The position numbers were made by a program, and so were the translations under genes. Below, one piece after another: positions 33,431 through 42,432 of a DNA stretch of 64,000 bases. The notes beneath the pieces are model-generated. The model worked only from the letters and a program-made list of their open reading frames with translations. It had not been told where the DNA came from and searched no databases. The stretch is from Escherichia phage Phi1. The DNA is taken from sequence record EF437941; one strand, 5' to 3'. Every line of letters begins with the position of its first letter. Position 1 is the first letter of the stretch.

Positions 33431-34600
33431 TTACCAATCAATCTTATCAGCCGGAATCAGTTTCTTATAATTCCGTAGATAGTAAGTTTTCATTGAATCC
33501 AGAATACGGTCATAATCAAGACCATCAAATGCAATCATCAGACACATGAAAATATATGCTTGTGCATCACCATGTTTACGCGATTCGATAGTCGCATTGG
33601 ACGCATATGTCTTTCTGTCTTCTCCCGCGTGTGCGTTATAAAATTCTGTTGCTGTCGTAAAGGCATTGCGAAGAATAGACCTGAATGCTTCCTCGAATAG
33701 CTCGATTCGTTCCAGTGCTTCCGGTTCTCCTTCATATGCAGCACGCAAATCATCGGTTTCGCTTTCTACGACATAGTAGATCAGGTTATTAGGAAACATC
33801 GATGTGTTTTTAATGTTATGCACACCAATATACCATTCACTCTTCACCTTGAACATTTGACCGTCTTTAGTGCGTGCAACAATTCCTTCGATACCTTCTG
33901 CGGTCCGAACTTCATCAAGAATATTGCTAAAACGCGCTGAATCAACCTGTAACGCATTTACCAGATGAGGACGTAGGATTGAATCGGCGAATAGCATTTG
34001 ATGCGGCACATACTCTCCTGTGACGTTATGGCGTACATTCAGAAGTGTTAGCGACGGTTCAGAATATTCTACAACAATTCGGTTGCTGGGTGCTGTATAT
34101 TCAAAGTTGAAAGTATAATCAGACCCAATATCAGCAATCTTAGCGCGTAGATCCGCATACTTCTCTGAATACAGAAGACCGTTTGCTCTCTCTGCCTGGC
34201 TTGAGTACAAGGCCGCTTTAGACTTCAACTGAACATAGCCGTTATCAATGTATGTGCTTACTAGACTACCGTCCATTTTGTCCATGACCATTTCCACATC
34301 TTCCGGCTTAAAGCGAGCGCGATCATTCTCACCCAAATTAAAAAACTTCTCCATAGGACGAGATGCAATGCGGACAGGTCGGTCTTTATCATCGATTTCA
34401 AACATGATCCCGCGACACTCTAACGCATCTGGTTTATTCCACATTTCCGGTTTGCTCAAGTACAGATAACTAAAAATGCGCATACGGGTTTGCATCGCCG
34501 TAATTTCATCTTTGTAATAGAACGTATCAGATCCGTCACATAGTGCCATCAGATTTTTGAACAATGCTAAAACTTTTTTGTTGTTTTCTTTTGTTGACAT
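33431..34600 (-). CDS. rnlA: RNA ligase 1 (RnlA)
   Basis: LFKNLMALC, RIFSYLYLS, DALECRGIMFEIDDKDRPVRIASRPMEKFFNLGEN, DGSLVSTY, NFEYTAPSNRIV, LLNVRHNVTGEY, RKTYA, LRNYKKLIP match T4 RnlA. Confidence 0.9.
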   Translation of the reverse strand: MSTKENNKKVLALFKNLMALCDGSDTFYYKDEITAMQTRMRIFSYLYLSKPEMWNKPDALECRGIMFEIDDKDRPVRIASRPMEKFFNLGENDRARFKPEDVEMVMDKMDGSLVSTYIDNGYVQLKSKAALYSSQAERANGLLYSEKYADLRAKIADIGSDYTFNFEYTAPSNRIVVEYSEPSLTLLNVRHNVTGEYVPHQMLFADSILRPHLVNALQVDSARFSNILDEVRTAEGIEGIVARTKDGQMFKVKSEWYIGVHNIKNTSMFPNNLIYYVVESETDDLRAAYEGEPEALERIELFEEAFRSILRNAFTTATEFYNAHAGEDRKTYASNATIESRKHGDAQAYIFMCLMIAFDGLDYDRILDSMKTYYLRNYKKLIPADKIDW

Positions 34601-34997
34601 AATTTGTGTTCCATTCTGGTTTAAATTTGGTGATCAAAACAGGTTCTTCGATATCGGCAGTGCTTATAATATCCTTACCCGTTGGATTCTCAATATATAA
34701 CTCAAAGCACTGGCGGTAATAGAATGTTACTGTCTTACCTTCCTCTAGCGCCTTATGAATATTCTTACTCTTGCGAGTATCCGCTGTTGGTGTTTGTCTG
34801 TTAATGCTAGTCCGGTAATAATTGATCCGCTTTCTGAGATTGACAGTCTGTCCAATATATACCAGTTCATCATCAACCACAATAGCATAAAGAACATTTA
34901 AACGGTTCTTCTGAGGCGGTAGAATCACATCACCATCTTTACACTCTAAACATGAATATTTAACGAATCCATAGTTTTCTATTAGCTCATTAATCAT
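34536..34997 (-). CDS. GIY-YIG domain protein (putative homing endonuclease)
   Basis: LYAIVVDDELVYIGQTVNLRKRINYY fits the GIY-YIG motif; 3' end overlaps the rnlA start by about 65 nt. Confidence 0.55.
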   Translation of the reverse strand: MINELIENYGFVKYSCLECKDGDVILPPQKNRLNVLYAIVVDDELVYIGQTVNLRKRINYYRTSINRQTPTADTRKSKNIHKALEEGKTVTFYYRQCFELYIENPTGKDIISTADIEEPVLITKFKPEWNTNYVNKRKQQKSFSIVQKSDGTM

Positions 34998-35047
34998 TAT
35001 CCTTTCCTCACGTCACAACAAAGGCGGGATTTCTCCCGCCCACCTTA

Positions 35048-35446
35048 TTAACTTTCCAGAATATCGCGAGCTTCGTTACGCTCCTTGATGATTTTCAGGA
35101 CAAATTCCAGTTTTTCTTTGTTCAGTGTTCCATTTTCCATCGCTTCTTTGACGGTAAACACCCCGCCACCTTGCCCGTATACAGTGACAGTGATTTCACC
35201 TAACATCGTGGTATGAAAACCGCCAATTTTCGGTGATTCGAAAGAAACAATTACCTCGCGGACAGTATTACCGTCGTTGATTTCTGAGAGGGTAATGTCG
35301 TTTTTGTAGGCGGTTGCTTTAACCATACGGATCAGCATAGTCTGATCTGGGGAGATGGTCATTTTGTCCATTGCATGTTGCAATGCAGCGTAACCGAAAA
35401 CTTTAACGAAGTCCAGAACGTCTTTGCGAGTTTGAAATTTAATCAT
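35048..35446 (-). CDS. hypothetical protein (132 aa)
   Basis: ORF with PeSL upstream. Confidence 0.55.
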   Translation of the reverse strand: MIKFQTRKDVLDFVKVFGYAALQHAMDKMTISPDQTMLIRMVKATAYKNDITLSEINDGNTVREVIVSFESPKIGGFHTTMLGEITVTVYGQGGGVFTVKEAMENGTLNKEKLEFVLKIIKERNEARDILES

Positions 35447-35473
35447 CTTGATACTCCTTAGTTGTTTTGGTAT

Positions 35474-35508
35474 GGGAGTATCTTACTACTCCCGTGATAT
35501 GCTGTCAA
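35474..35508 (-). promoter_or_regulatory. PeSL-type early promoter cassette
   Basis: Palindrome gggagta-tcttac-tactccc (35474-35493); plus tgtcaa at 35503-35508. Confidence 0.55.
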
Positions 35509-35516
35509 CTGCTTTT

Positions 35517-35666
35517 TTATGCAACCGCAAACATCAACATTTGAACATTCTTGGCTGTCTGGCTTTCAAAGTTCTGACATTCTTTGATAATGTCCTCTAC
35601 TTTCTCGCCGGAGATCTCCGCGTAAGTTTCGATTGCCATTTTCAGTACCGCGTCAAAGTTGTTCAT
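35517..35666 (-). CDS. hypothetical small protein (49 aa)
   Basis: ATG 35664-35666 with GGAGAATCAA leader; translation MNNFDAVLKMAIETYAEISGEKVEDIIKECQNFESQTAKNVQMLMFAVA. Confidence 0.4.
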   Translation of the reverse strand: MNNFDAVLKMAIETYAEISGEKVEDIIKECQNFESQTAKNVQMLMFAVA

Positions 35667-35698
35667 TTGATTCTCCTTAAAGTGTATTTCGTTTCGAT

Positions 35699-35733
35699 GG
35701 GGGTATATTAATACCCCCGTTATTCAGTGTCAA
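35699..35733 (-). promoter_or_regulatory. PeSL-type early promoter cassette
   Basis: Palindrome gggggtat-atta-ataccccc (35699-35718); plus tgtcaa at 35728-35733. Confidence 0.55.
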
Positions 35734-35952
35734 CTACTTTTTAATGACAAGTTCGAATTTTGCTACCTTGCGTCCGCGTTTATTGAAAGCAACCCACGGA
35801 CGGTTTTCAATGTAGAACAATTCTTCGCCAATAATGAATACTGGCTGATTGTAAAGTCGACCCATCAGGTCACGTTGACGAATAGTAGTAGATTCGTATA
35901 CTTCGCCCACTACAAAGTGTTTGTTGATAGAGTCGGTGCAAATAAATTTCAT
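35734..35952 (-). CDS. hypothetical protein (72 aa)
   Basis: ORF with PeSL leader. Confidence 0.5.
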   Translation of the reverse strand: MKFICTDSINKHFVVGEVYESTTIRQRDLMGRLYNQPVFIIGEELFYIENRPWVAFNKRGRKVAKFELVIKK

Positions 35953-35979
35953 TTTGATTCTCCTTTGTTTCGTTTCGAT

Positions 35980-36014
35980 GGGAGTATCTTACTACCCCCT
36001 TTATTCAGTGTCAA
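35980..36014 (-). promoter_or_regulatory. PeSL-type early promoter cassette (imperfect hairpin)
   Basis: gggagtatcttactaccccc (one mismatch in the stem); plus tgtcaa at 36009-36014. Confidence 0.5.
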
Positions 36015-36020
36015 CTACTT

Positions 36021-36239
36021 TTACTTGTTATATTCATTCCACCATTGGGTGAGCTTATCAATTATTTTTGTGTTTCTATCCAACTTCTCCCACCGTTTTC
36101 GAGGGTTTATCAACCGGAATAGGTAAGGTGTACTTGTTAAACTAACTCGGTCAAAGTAATATTTGATCAGTTGACATTCAATGATGAGTTTCATCTTTTT
36201 ACGATGAAAATATGCAATGACTTGTTCTTCTGTTTCCAT
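36021..36239 (-). CDS. hypothetical protein (72 aa)
   Basis: ORF with RBS and a -35 element upstream. Confidence 0.5.
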   Translation of the reverse strand: METEEQVIAYFHRKKMKLIIECQLIKYYFDRVSLTSTPYLFRLINPRKRWEKLDRNTKIIDKLTQWWNEYNK

Positions 36240-36285
36240 ATGTTCCTCCGTTTCGGATGTGTATTATGCTATGGCAAGATCCGAT

Positions 36286-36291
36286 TGTCAA
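36286..36291 (-). promoter_or_regulatory. early promoter -35 element (TTGACA), no stem-loop
   Basis: Plus tgtcaa with conserved leader tttcggatgtgtattat; sits immediately after a terminator. Confidence 0.4.
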
Positions 36292-36308
36292 CACCCAACA
36301 ACAAAAAA

Positions 36309-36328
36309 AGTCGCCACTATGGGCGACT
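36309..36328 (-). terminator. Rho-independent terminator (minus strand)
   Basis: Stem AGTCGCC / GGCGACT with loop actatg; 7-nt U-tract on the minus strand (plus A-run 36302-36308). Confidence 0.6.
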
Positions 36329-36339
36329 TTGAACAAACA

Positions 36340-36816
36340 TTAATCATGACCGTGATTTGCAATATCCGCTCGCGTCTTATCTTTGTGATTTCCTACGTCA
36401 AAGACACGATAACCATTTTCACGCAAAACTTTAATCACTTCTGGGTTATCCTCAAAGACTCCGACAACTTCATCTTTATCAAAGGATTTAATTACCTCTA
36501 ATTTGATGTGATAGTCTTTACGAGAATCGGTACGGCCTCTCATAAAGATTTTATCAAAACACACTCCGTTAGAAATTAACCAATCAATTGTTTCCATGTA
36601 AGCATGTGAACTTCGTCCGGTGAGGATGTAAATCAAATGCCCGTTGTCGGAAAGAGCATTAATAACACGAATTACATCGTAAATGGGGGAATCTCCCCCA
36701 CATGCCTTGTTATATTCGATCCATGACTCGACTTTATCAAGATTTTCGGTTGGCATCTTTGCTAGTCGATGTGTTGGATCTGTGATCGTAAAATCTAAAT
36801 CGACAAAATATATCAT
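36340..36816 (-). CDS. HAD-superfamily phosphatase-like protein
   Basis: HAD motif I FVDLDFT (DxDxT) and motif II ILTGR; overlaps the nrdB stop (coupled). Confidence 0.5.
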   Translation of the reverse strand: MIYFVDLDFTITDPTHRLAKMPTENLDKVESWIEYNKACGGDSPIYDVIRVINALSDNGHLIYILTGRSSHAYMETIDWLISNGVCFDKIFMRGRTDSRKDYHIKLEVIKSFDKDEVVGVFEDNPEVIKVLRENGYRVFDVGNHKDKTRADIANHGHD

Positions 36817-37973
36817 AGATATTTCCCGAATCGGTTGTAGTCATCGTCTGTTAAATCGGTATTAACCTGAGATACCAGATACATGATCTCGACTTCTTGC
36901 GCTGCATTCTGTACTTCGTCAGAGTTCAACCATTTACGCATCCACGGTAACGGATGACGACGAACACTAAACGGGCTTTTCAGTCCGGCAGCACGCATAC
37001 GGGAATCTGCCAGGTATTCTACATAGGTTTTCAGAATTTCCGGTGACAGGTTAGGAATTGCCCCCATTGCGAATAGGTGGTCTACCCATTCTTTTTCTTG
37101 CTCGACAACATCCAGAAAGATTTTCGTTGCTTCGCCTTCAAGTTCTTCCGCAATCTGTTTCCACTCATCACCATCAGCCCCCGTTTGCCATTGACGAATA
37201 ATGTATTGTGTGCCTTTTAAGTGAAGTTGTTCATCACGAGCAATAAATTTCATGATCTTCGCGTTACCTTCCAGTAAGCCACGTTCGGCAAAGCTGAAAG
37301 TACATGCAAAGGACACATAAAAACGGATTGCTTCCAGTGCATTAACGCAGTGTGCACACAGATAAATCGAAGCCATCAGATCTCGTTTTGTATCTTCAAA
37401 AAATCTTCTTGCATCATCTAATGCTGTATGATCGTCTCGTTCTTCCCAATAGCGGAGATCTTCTTTTGCATTCTCATACTTACGAATCCAATAAAGAACA
37501 TCATCATAATATTGCCCGATAGATTCCGCTCGCTTCATGATAGCGGGGTTATCGATGATCTGGTCGAACTCACTAGCCGGATCAATGAAACAGTTACGCA
37601 TAATGTGTGTATAGCTTCGGCTATGAATCGTTTCGCTGAATGTCCATGTTTGCAACCATGTATCGAGAGTTGGATCAGATACAATTGGACCAAATGCTGC
37701 GGACGGTGCGCGACCTTGAATAGAATCAAGTAATGTCTGATACTTCAAATTTTCGGTAAAGAAACGCTTTTCAACGTCACCCATATTAAGATATTGAATG
37801 CGGTCGGTTGCAAGTGAAATTTCTTCGGGGCGCCAAAAAAATGACAATTGCTTTTCGATCAGTTCTTCAAATACTTGATGACGCTGAATATCATAGCGAG
37901 CGATACCCAACCCACTACCCAGAAACATTGGTTCGTTCATAATATCAACATGTTCGCGGTTAAATACGCTCAT
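36813..37973 (-). CDS. nrdB: ribonucleotide reductase beta subunit NrdB
   Basis: 386-aa ORF with class Ia R2 hallmarks (FFWRPEE, iron-ligand E/H-rich helices) immediately downstream of nrdA, as in T4. Confidence 0.85.
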   Translation of the reverse strand: MSVFNREHVDIMNEPMFLGSGLGIARYDIQRHQVFEELIEKQLSFFWRPEEISLATDRIQYLNMGDVEKRFFTENLKYQTLLDSIQGRAPSAAFGPIVSDPTLDTWLQTWTFSETIHSRSYTHIMRNCFIDPASEFDQIIDNPAIMKRAESIGQYYDDVLYWIRKYENAKEDLRYWEERDDHTALDDARRFFEDTKRDLMASIYLCAHCVNALEAIRFYVSFACTFSFAERGLLEGNAKIMKFIARDEQLHLKGTQYIIRQWQTGADGDEWKQIAEELEGEATKIFLDVVEQEKEWVDHLFAMGAIPNLSPEILKTYVEYLADSRMRAAGLKSPFSVRRHPLPWMRKWLNSDEVQNAAQEVEIMYLVSQVNTDLTDDDYNRFGKYL

Positions 37974-37988
37974 TAATTCACCTCACTA

Positions 37989-38156
37989 TCACTTTTTAAC
38001 ACAAAAGAACTTAGTATTTCTGTTAACTTCGCTATCCCGTTGCAATTCCTGCATGGCTTCAAAACAATTTTGATGTGATGAAAACTCTACGCTGGTAACA
38101 GTTCCTTTATTATATGATCCTACGCTAACGGAAAGCAATAACCATAATGTAGCCAT
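37989..38156 (-). CDS. small protein with hydrophobic N-terminus, tandem paralog 2 (55 aa)
   Basis: MATLWLLLSVSVGSYNKGTVTSVEFSSHQNCFEAMQELQRDSEVNRNTKFFCVKK; paralog of 38156..38329. Confidence 0.45.
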   Translation of the reverse strand: MATLWLLLSVSVGSYNKGTVTSVEFSSHQNCFEAMQELQRDSEVNRNTKFFCVKK

Positions 38157-38329
38157 TAGTTCACCTTTTGTTTTTCAACGCAATATAGATTCATAAAGCG
38201 TTTATTGTCTTCGCGGATAATCTCGCGAGCTTTAACGCAATCCTGCTTTGTTGCAAACTCAATGCTTGACATATTTCCGTAATTATACATTGAATTGCTT
38301 ATTGCAATCAATAACCATACAGTAGCCAT
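38156..38329 (-). CDS. small protein with hydrophobic N-terminus, tandem paralog 1 (57 aa)
   Basis: MATVWLLIAISNSMYNYGNMSSIEFATKQDCVKAREIIREDNKRFMNLYCVEKQKVN; TAATG stop/start overlaps at both ends. Confidence 0.45.
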   Translation of the reverse strand: MATVWLLIAISNSMYNYGNMSSIEFATKQDCVKAREIIREDNKRFMNLYCVEKQKVN

Positions 38330-38496
38330 TATTCGACAACCTCAAAACATTTATCACCAGGAAGAATAGCCCATTCTATGCCGTATTCATCCTCAACGTA
38401 GTAGCAAGCCCCATCATGTCGAGCATCATATACATCACCGACAACAAAGCTATCAGCTAGTTCAAAATCTACAGCAACACATTTTAATTTGGTCAT
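38329..38496 (-). CDS. hypothetical small protein (55 aa)
   Basis: Start at ATG 38494-38496 (GAGGA RBS): MTKLKCVAVDFELADSFVVGDVYDARHDGACYYVEDEYGIEWAILPGDKCFEVVE; ORF-track entry 38329..38559 reads through the promoter. Confidence 0.5.
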   Translation of the reverse strand: MTKLKCVAVDFELADSFVVGDVYDARHDGACYYVEDEYGIEWAILPGDKCFEVVE

Positions 38497-38533
38497 AATA
38501 AAATCCTCACTTGTTTTTGATGGTTGTATTATA

Positions 38534-38556
38534 GCGGGGATTTCTCCCCGCGTCAA
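38534..38556 (-). promoter_or_regulatory. PeSL-type early promoter cassette
   Basis: Minus strand reads TTGACG-cggggagaaatccccgc-TATAAT: 17-nt palindromic spacer, perfect -10. Confidence 0.6.
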
Positions 38557-38564
38557 CACTTATT

Positions 38565-40808
38565 TTACAGCTTGCAAGATGAGCACTCGCTAGAGTCTTC
38601 CGTACCATCTGCACCGTCGCGAACGTTCGCATAATACAGGGTTTTCAGACCGTAATATTGAGCAAACAACATATCATCTAACACATCAGCAATATCGACT
38701 TTACCAGTCTTATAAGTGCTTGGATCGTAGGATGTATTGGAACTAATCGCCTGATCCACAAACTTCTGCATGATCGCTGCCAGTGTCAGATAAGGCTTGT
38801 TACCTTTCTTGATCAGTGTCCAAAGCAGGTCAATAACATCAGCATTATTCTCTACGTTCGGAATAACCTGATTAAATTGCCCTTCTTTCGATCCTTTAAC
38901 CGATACAATCCCGCGAGGCGGTTCAATACCGTTTGTGCTGTTAGATACCTGAGAAGACGACTCACAAGGCATCAGAGCCGAAAGCGTACTATTACGAATG
39001 CCATATTTTTTCAGGTCTTCGCGCAGTTCTTCCCAATCCATCTCATACACCGGATCAACCAGTTCATCTACTGTCTTTTTGTACCAGTCGATAGGAAGTT
39101 CACCGCGACCATAGCGTGTTTCGTGCATCAGTTCGCAAGCACCCTTCTCTTTAGCCAGTCGCACACTAGCTTTAATCAGAGCATATTGCAAGCGTTCAAA
39201 CGTTTTATGCGTAAACTCGTTAGCGTCTTCATATGTGAAGAAATTATCTGCTAGATATGATGCAAAGTTAGTTACACCAACACCCAGAGAGCGACGTTTT
39301 TTGGCTGTCAGAGCTTGTTCTACAGGATAATCCTGATAATCTAACAGGTTGTCAAGTGCACGCACCATAACCATAGCAATGCGTTCTACTTCTTCCATAT
39401 TTTCGATATCAAAGTTTCCTAAAACATATGCTGCCAAAGTGCATAGGCTGATCTCTGAATCATCACGACCCATCGGTTTTGTAGGCAGAGCAATTTCACA
39501 ACACAGGTTAGATTGTTTAATTGGTGCTACATTACGAATAAACGCCCCGTGATTGTTCATGTTGTCTGTGAACGTTGGGTAGATTCGACCAGTGTTAAAA
39601 CGTTCAATTGCCACCGCTAAAAACAGGTCTTCGGCTTTAACACGAGTTTTACGAACACTCGGATCTTTTTCCAGTTTTTCGTAAAGCTGACGGAAACCTT
39701 CCTCATCTCGGAAGTATAGATCCCACAACAAGCCACCTGCAACATCTGGACTAAACAGAGTAATGTAATCCCGTTTAAGGAATCGCTCTACCATCAGGTT
39801 ATTAATCTGTACGCCGTAGTCAAGATGGCGAATGCGGTTATCTTCCACCCCCTTATTGTTCTTTAACACAATCAGACTTTCAAACTCTAAATGCCACATT
39901 GGGTAATAGAGAGTCGCCGCCCCGCCACGAATACCGCCTTGTGAGCATGACTTAACGGCAGTCTGAAAATGTTTCCAGAATGGGATAACGCCAGTATGAC
40001 GAACTTCACCATGCCCGATCTTAGATCCTTCCGCGCGAATCATGCCAGCGTTGATACCGATACCAGCACGCTTGCTAATATACTTGATGATTGCATTTGC
40101 TGTTTCGTTGATGCCCTGCAATGAGTCATCACTTTCAATCACCACACACGAACTAAATTGGCGTGTTGGGGTACGCACACCTGCCATAATCGGAGTAGGC
40201 AGAGAGATTTGCTTATTCGCAACAGCATTATAAAAATCAATCACATGTTCAAGTCGATTTTCTGTCTCTTCTTGATGCAAGCACATACCGATCAGCATAT
40301 ACGCAAATTGCGGTGTTTCGATGATTTTCTTAGTGCTGCGATCCTGAACAAGATATTTCTCTTTTAACTGCATCGCACCAGCATAGGTCATTTTAAAATC
40401 AAGTTTATGGTCGATGAATTTCTCCAGATATTCCACTTCTTCACGGGAATACTTTTGCAGAATTTCGCGATCATATTTTCCGGTTGCAATATTGCGCTCA
40501 ATATGGCAGTAAAAATCAATCGGTTGGAATTGTCCGTATACTGATTTGCGAAGCGCGAACATTGCAAGGTTACTTGCTACATATTGATAATCTGGTGTTT
40601 CTACAGTAATGTTATCTGCTGCGACCTTAATCAATACTTTCTGGATATCATTGGTAGACATACCTTCTGTCAGAAGTGGTTCAACCATATCAAACAATTC
40701 ATATGGATCAACGTTATGACCTTCGGCTGCCGCTTCCAGAATTTTCATTACTTTTTCTTTTTCAAACGGAACAGTCAGACCGGAAGACTTAACAACATTT
40801 TTAATCAT
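38565..40808 (-). CDS. nrdA: ribonucleotide reductase alpha subunit NrdA
   Basis: 747 aa (T4 NrdA is about 754 aa); ATP-cone N-terminus and class I RNR catalytic blocks (NLCCEI, active-site Cys regions, C-terminal CSSCKL-type Cys pair). Confidence 0.9.
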   Translation of the reverse strand: MIKNVVKSSGLTVPFEKEKVMKILEAAAEGHNVDPYELFDMVEPLLTEGMSTNDIQKVLIKVAADNITVETPDYQYVASNLAMFALRKSVYGQFQPIDFYCHIERNIATGKYDREILQKYSREEVEYLEKFIDHKLDFKMTYAGAMQLKEKYLVQDRSTKKIIETPQFAYMLIGMCLHQEETENRLEHVIDFYNAVANKQISLPTPIMAGVRTPTRQFSSCVVIESDDSLQGINETANAIIKYISKRAGIGINAGMIRAEGSKIGHGEVRHTGVIPFWKHFQTAVKSCSQGGIRGGAATLYYPMWHLEFESLIVLKNNKGVEDNRIRHLDYGVQINNLMVERFLKRDYITLFSPDVAGGLLWDLYFRDEEGFRQLYEKLEKDPSVRKTRVKAEDLFLAVAIERFNTGRIYPTFTDNMNNHGAFIRNVAPIKQSNLCCEIALPTKPMGRDDSEISLCTLAAYVLGNFDIENMEEVERIAMVMVRALDNLLDYQDYPVEQALTAKKRRSLGVGVTNFASYLADNFFTYEDANEFTHKTFERLQYALIKASVRLAKEKGACELMHETRYGRGELPIDWYKKTVDELVDPVYEMDWEELREDLKKYGIRNSTLSALMPCESSSQVSNSTNGIEPPRGIVSVKGSKEGQFNQVIPNVENNADVIDLLWTLIKKGNKPYLTLAAIMQKFVDQAISSNTSYDPSTYKTGKVDIADVLDDMLFAQYYGLKTLYYANVRDGADGTEDSSECSSCKL

Positions 40809-40877
40809 ATTACCTCACTTCATATTTTAGCAGGAACAAGTTTATCCTCCATATTGGGGGCTTTCGCCCCCTTTTGT

Positions 40878-42098
40878 TTATACTGCCATTTGAGCGGTGA
40901 TCGCTGGATGGCTTTGATAGTTGTGAATTTTAAAGTCTTTCGGAGTCTTTGTCAATACCTCATCTAAAGATTTAAATTCCGGCAACTCAATTGTTGGTTT
41001 ATCAAACGGAACACGGCTTAACTGTTCCATAACTTGATCAAAATGGTTTTTGTAAATGTGAGTATCTCCACCAGAGAAAATCAGTTCTCCTACCTCAAGA
41101 TCACACATTTTCGCTATGATGTGAGTTAACAGCGCATAGCTGGCGACGTTAAAGGGCAAGCCCAAAAAGCTGTCTACGCTTCGCTGAAACCACATACAAG
41201 ACAGTTTACCCTCATTGACATAGAATTGCACGAACGGATGACATACACCTAATACAGCATTATGTGTTCCTTGTACGTTCCACGAGTCAATAATGATCCG
41301 GCGATCCGTTGGATTGTTTTTAATTTGTTCAATCACGTTTTGTAACTGGTCTTCCCAAATCTTCGGGCGATAGACATATTCTTCATCGTCTTTAGTGCTC
41401 GATGTGTCTACGTCCATACTAACAAAGATCGTGGTATCCGGTGCTAAAATGTCACCGCCCAGATAATCACTATCAAGCAGATAATCGAAATAACCACTAT
41501 CTACCCATTCCTGGAATCCCCACAAGCAATATGCATCATTAACAAAATTAGATTGAGTCTTCCAGTGGTCTGCTACCAGAATACAATCAAACTCTTCATA
41601 AATCATACCACGCCAGATAGCACATAAACGGTCTTCTGTGTCATTGGTTGGCGTAAAGTCTTCTACCCACGGGTGTTTAAATGTATGTGTATATTTGCTC
41701 TTAACGCGCTTAATTTTGATTTCACCGTGTGGATGAATCGGTTTGCGTCGCCATGACATACCATACATATTTCCGACATTATAACCATTGAATCGCAAAG
41801 GATTCTTTTCTTTCATATCAAGACAGTTGCCGCGCCAAATGTCGAAGGCTTCTTCGTCAAACTTACCGCGTGTAATTTCCTGTAAGCGACGGCGGTCGAG
41901 TGATCCCTCCATAAACCATAGCAACTCGCCAATTACAGAGGATGTAGCCATCTTTTTAGTGGTCAGTAAGGGGAAACCCTTGCTTAAATCAATTCGCATC
42001 TCTGCGCCGAATTTAGAGAGCGTACCTACCCCCGTTCGATCTTCACGAGGCCAGCCATTATCAAGAACATCACGCAATAGTTTCAAATATTCTTTCAT
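40878..42098 (-). CDS. td: thymidylate synthase with a ~130-aa in-frame insertion
   Basis: N- and C-terminal thirds align with T4 Td (RTGVGT, LLWFM, YGMSWRR ... NPTDRRIIIDSWNV, KLSCMWFQRSVDSFLGLPFNVASYALLTHIIAKMCDL, SGGDTHIY, HPAITAQMAV); residues ~119-248 have no counterpart in T4 Td or E. coli ThyA. Confidence 0.8.
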   Translation of the reverse strand: MKEYLKLLRDVLDNGWPREDRTGVGTLSKFGAEMRIDLSKGFPLLTTKKMATSSVIGELLWFMEGSLDRRRLQEITRGKFDEEAFDIWRGNCLDMKEKNPLRFNGYNVGNMYGMSWRRKPIHPHGEIKIKRVKSKYTHTFKHPWVEDFTPTNDTEDRLCAIWRGMIYEEFDCILVADHWKTQSNFVNDAYCLWGFQEWVDSGYFDYLLDSDYLGGDILAPDTTIFVSMDVDTSSTKDDEEYVYRPKIWEDQLQNVIEQIKNNPTDRRIIIDSWNVQGTHNAVLGVCHPFVQFYVNEGKLSCMWFQRSVDSFLGLPFNVASYALLTHIIAKMCDLEVGELIFSGGDTHIYKNHFDQVMEQLSRVPFDKPTIELPEFKSLDEVLTKTPKDFKIHNYQSHPAITAQMAV

Positions 42099-42339
42099 CC
42101 CACATCACCTTTTTCTTATTGATTGCTTTCTTACGCAGTTTTGCTACTGTCTCGTCAATATTGATAAAGACAACGCCCGGATCGAATACAGTAGCAGGTC
42201 TTGAAATGTCGCTATTTTCCTGTACTGGAAGCCATGATGCGCTCGCTTCATCATAGAGATATTGTAAACCGTAATAATCTACGGCTACTGCGTAGTTTTC
42301 ACTGGTAGCCGTCCATAATTGAATAATACCGACTTTCAT
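42070..42339 (-). CDS. hypothetical protein (89 aa)
   Basis: Start at ATG 42337-42339 (MKVGIIQLW...); overlaps the td start. Confidence 0.45.
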   Translation of the reverse strand: MKVGIIQLWTATSENYAVAVDYYGLQYLYDEASASWLPVQENSDISRPATVFDPGVVFINIDETVAKLRKKAINKKKVMWDERIFETIA

Positions 42340-42431
42340 TATTGTTCCCGTCCGCAATGTAAGCACCGACTACCAGCAAACATCAAAGATTCACCACAAT
42401 GTTTGCACTCATAATCTGTAAGAATTTTCAT
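42339..42431 (-). CDS. tiny zinc-ribbon peptide (30 aa), tentative
   Basis: MKILTDYECKHCGESLMFAGSRCLHCGREQ; two CxxC pairs; TAATG overlap with the downstream gene. Confidence 0.3.
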   Translation of the reverse strand: MKILTDYECKHCGESLMFAGSRCLHCGREQ

Positions 42432-42432
42432 G

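Noticed and set aside
38877-40967. Plus-strand ORFs antisense to nrdA and td (38877..39254, 39349..39552, 40042..40233, 40158..40367, 40584..40967)
   Set aside because: All embedded in strongly supported RNR and td coding sequence on the opposite strand.
41355-41744. The thymidylate synthase insertion as an intein or group I intron
   Set aside because: There are no intein splice-junction residues (no N-terminal Cys/Ser, no C-terminal His-Asn plus Cys/Ser/Thr). The block is a continuous in-frame ORF of about 390 nt, unlikely for a non-coding intron, and it does not sit where I recall the T4 td intron.
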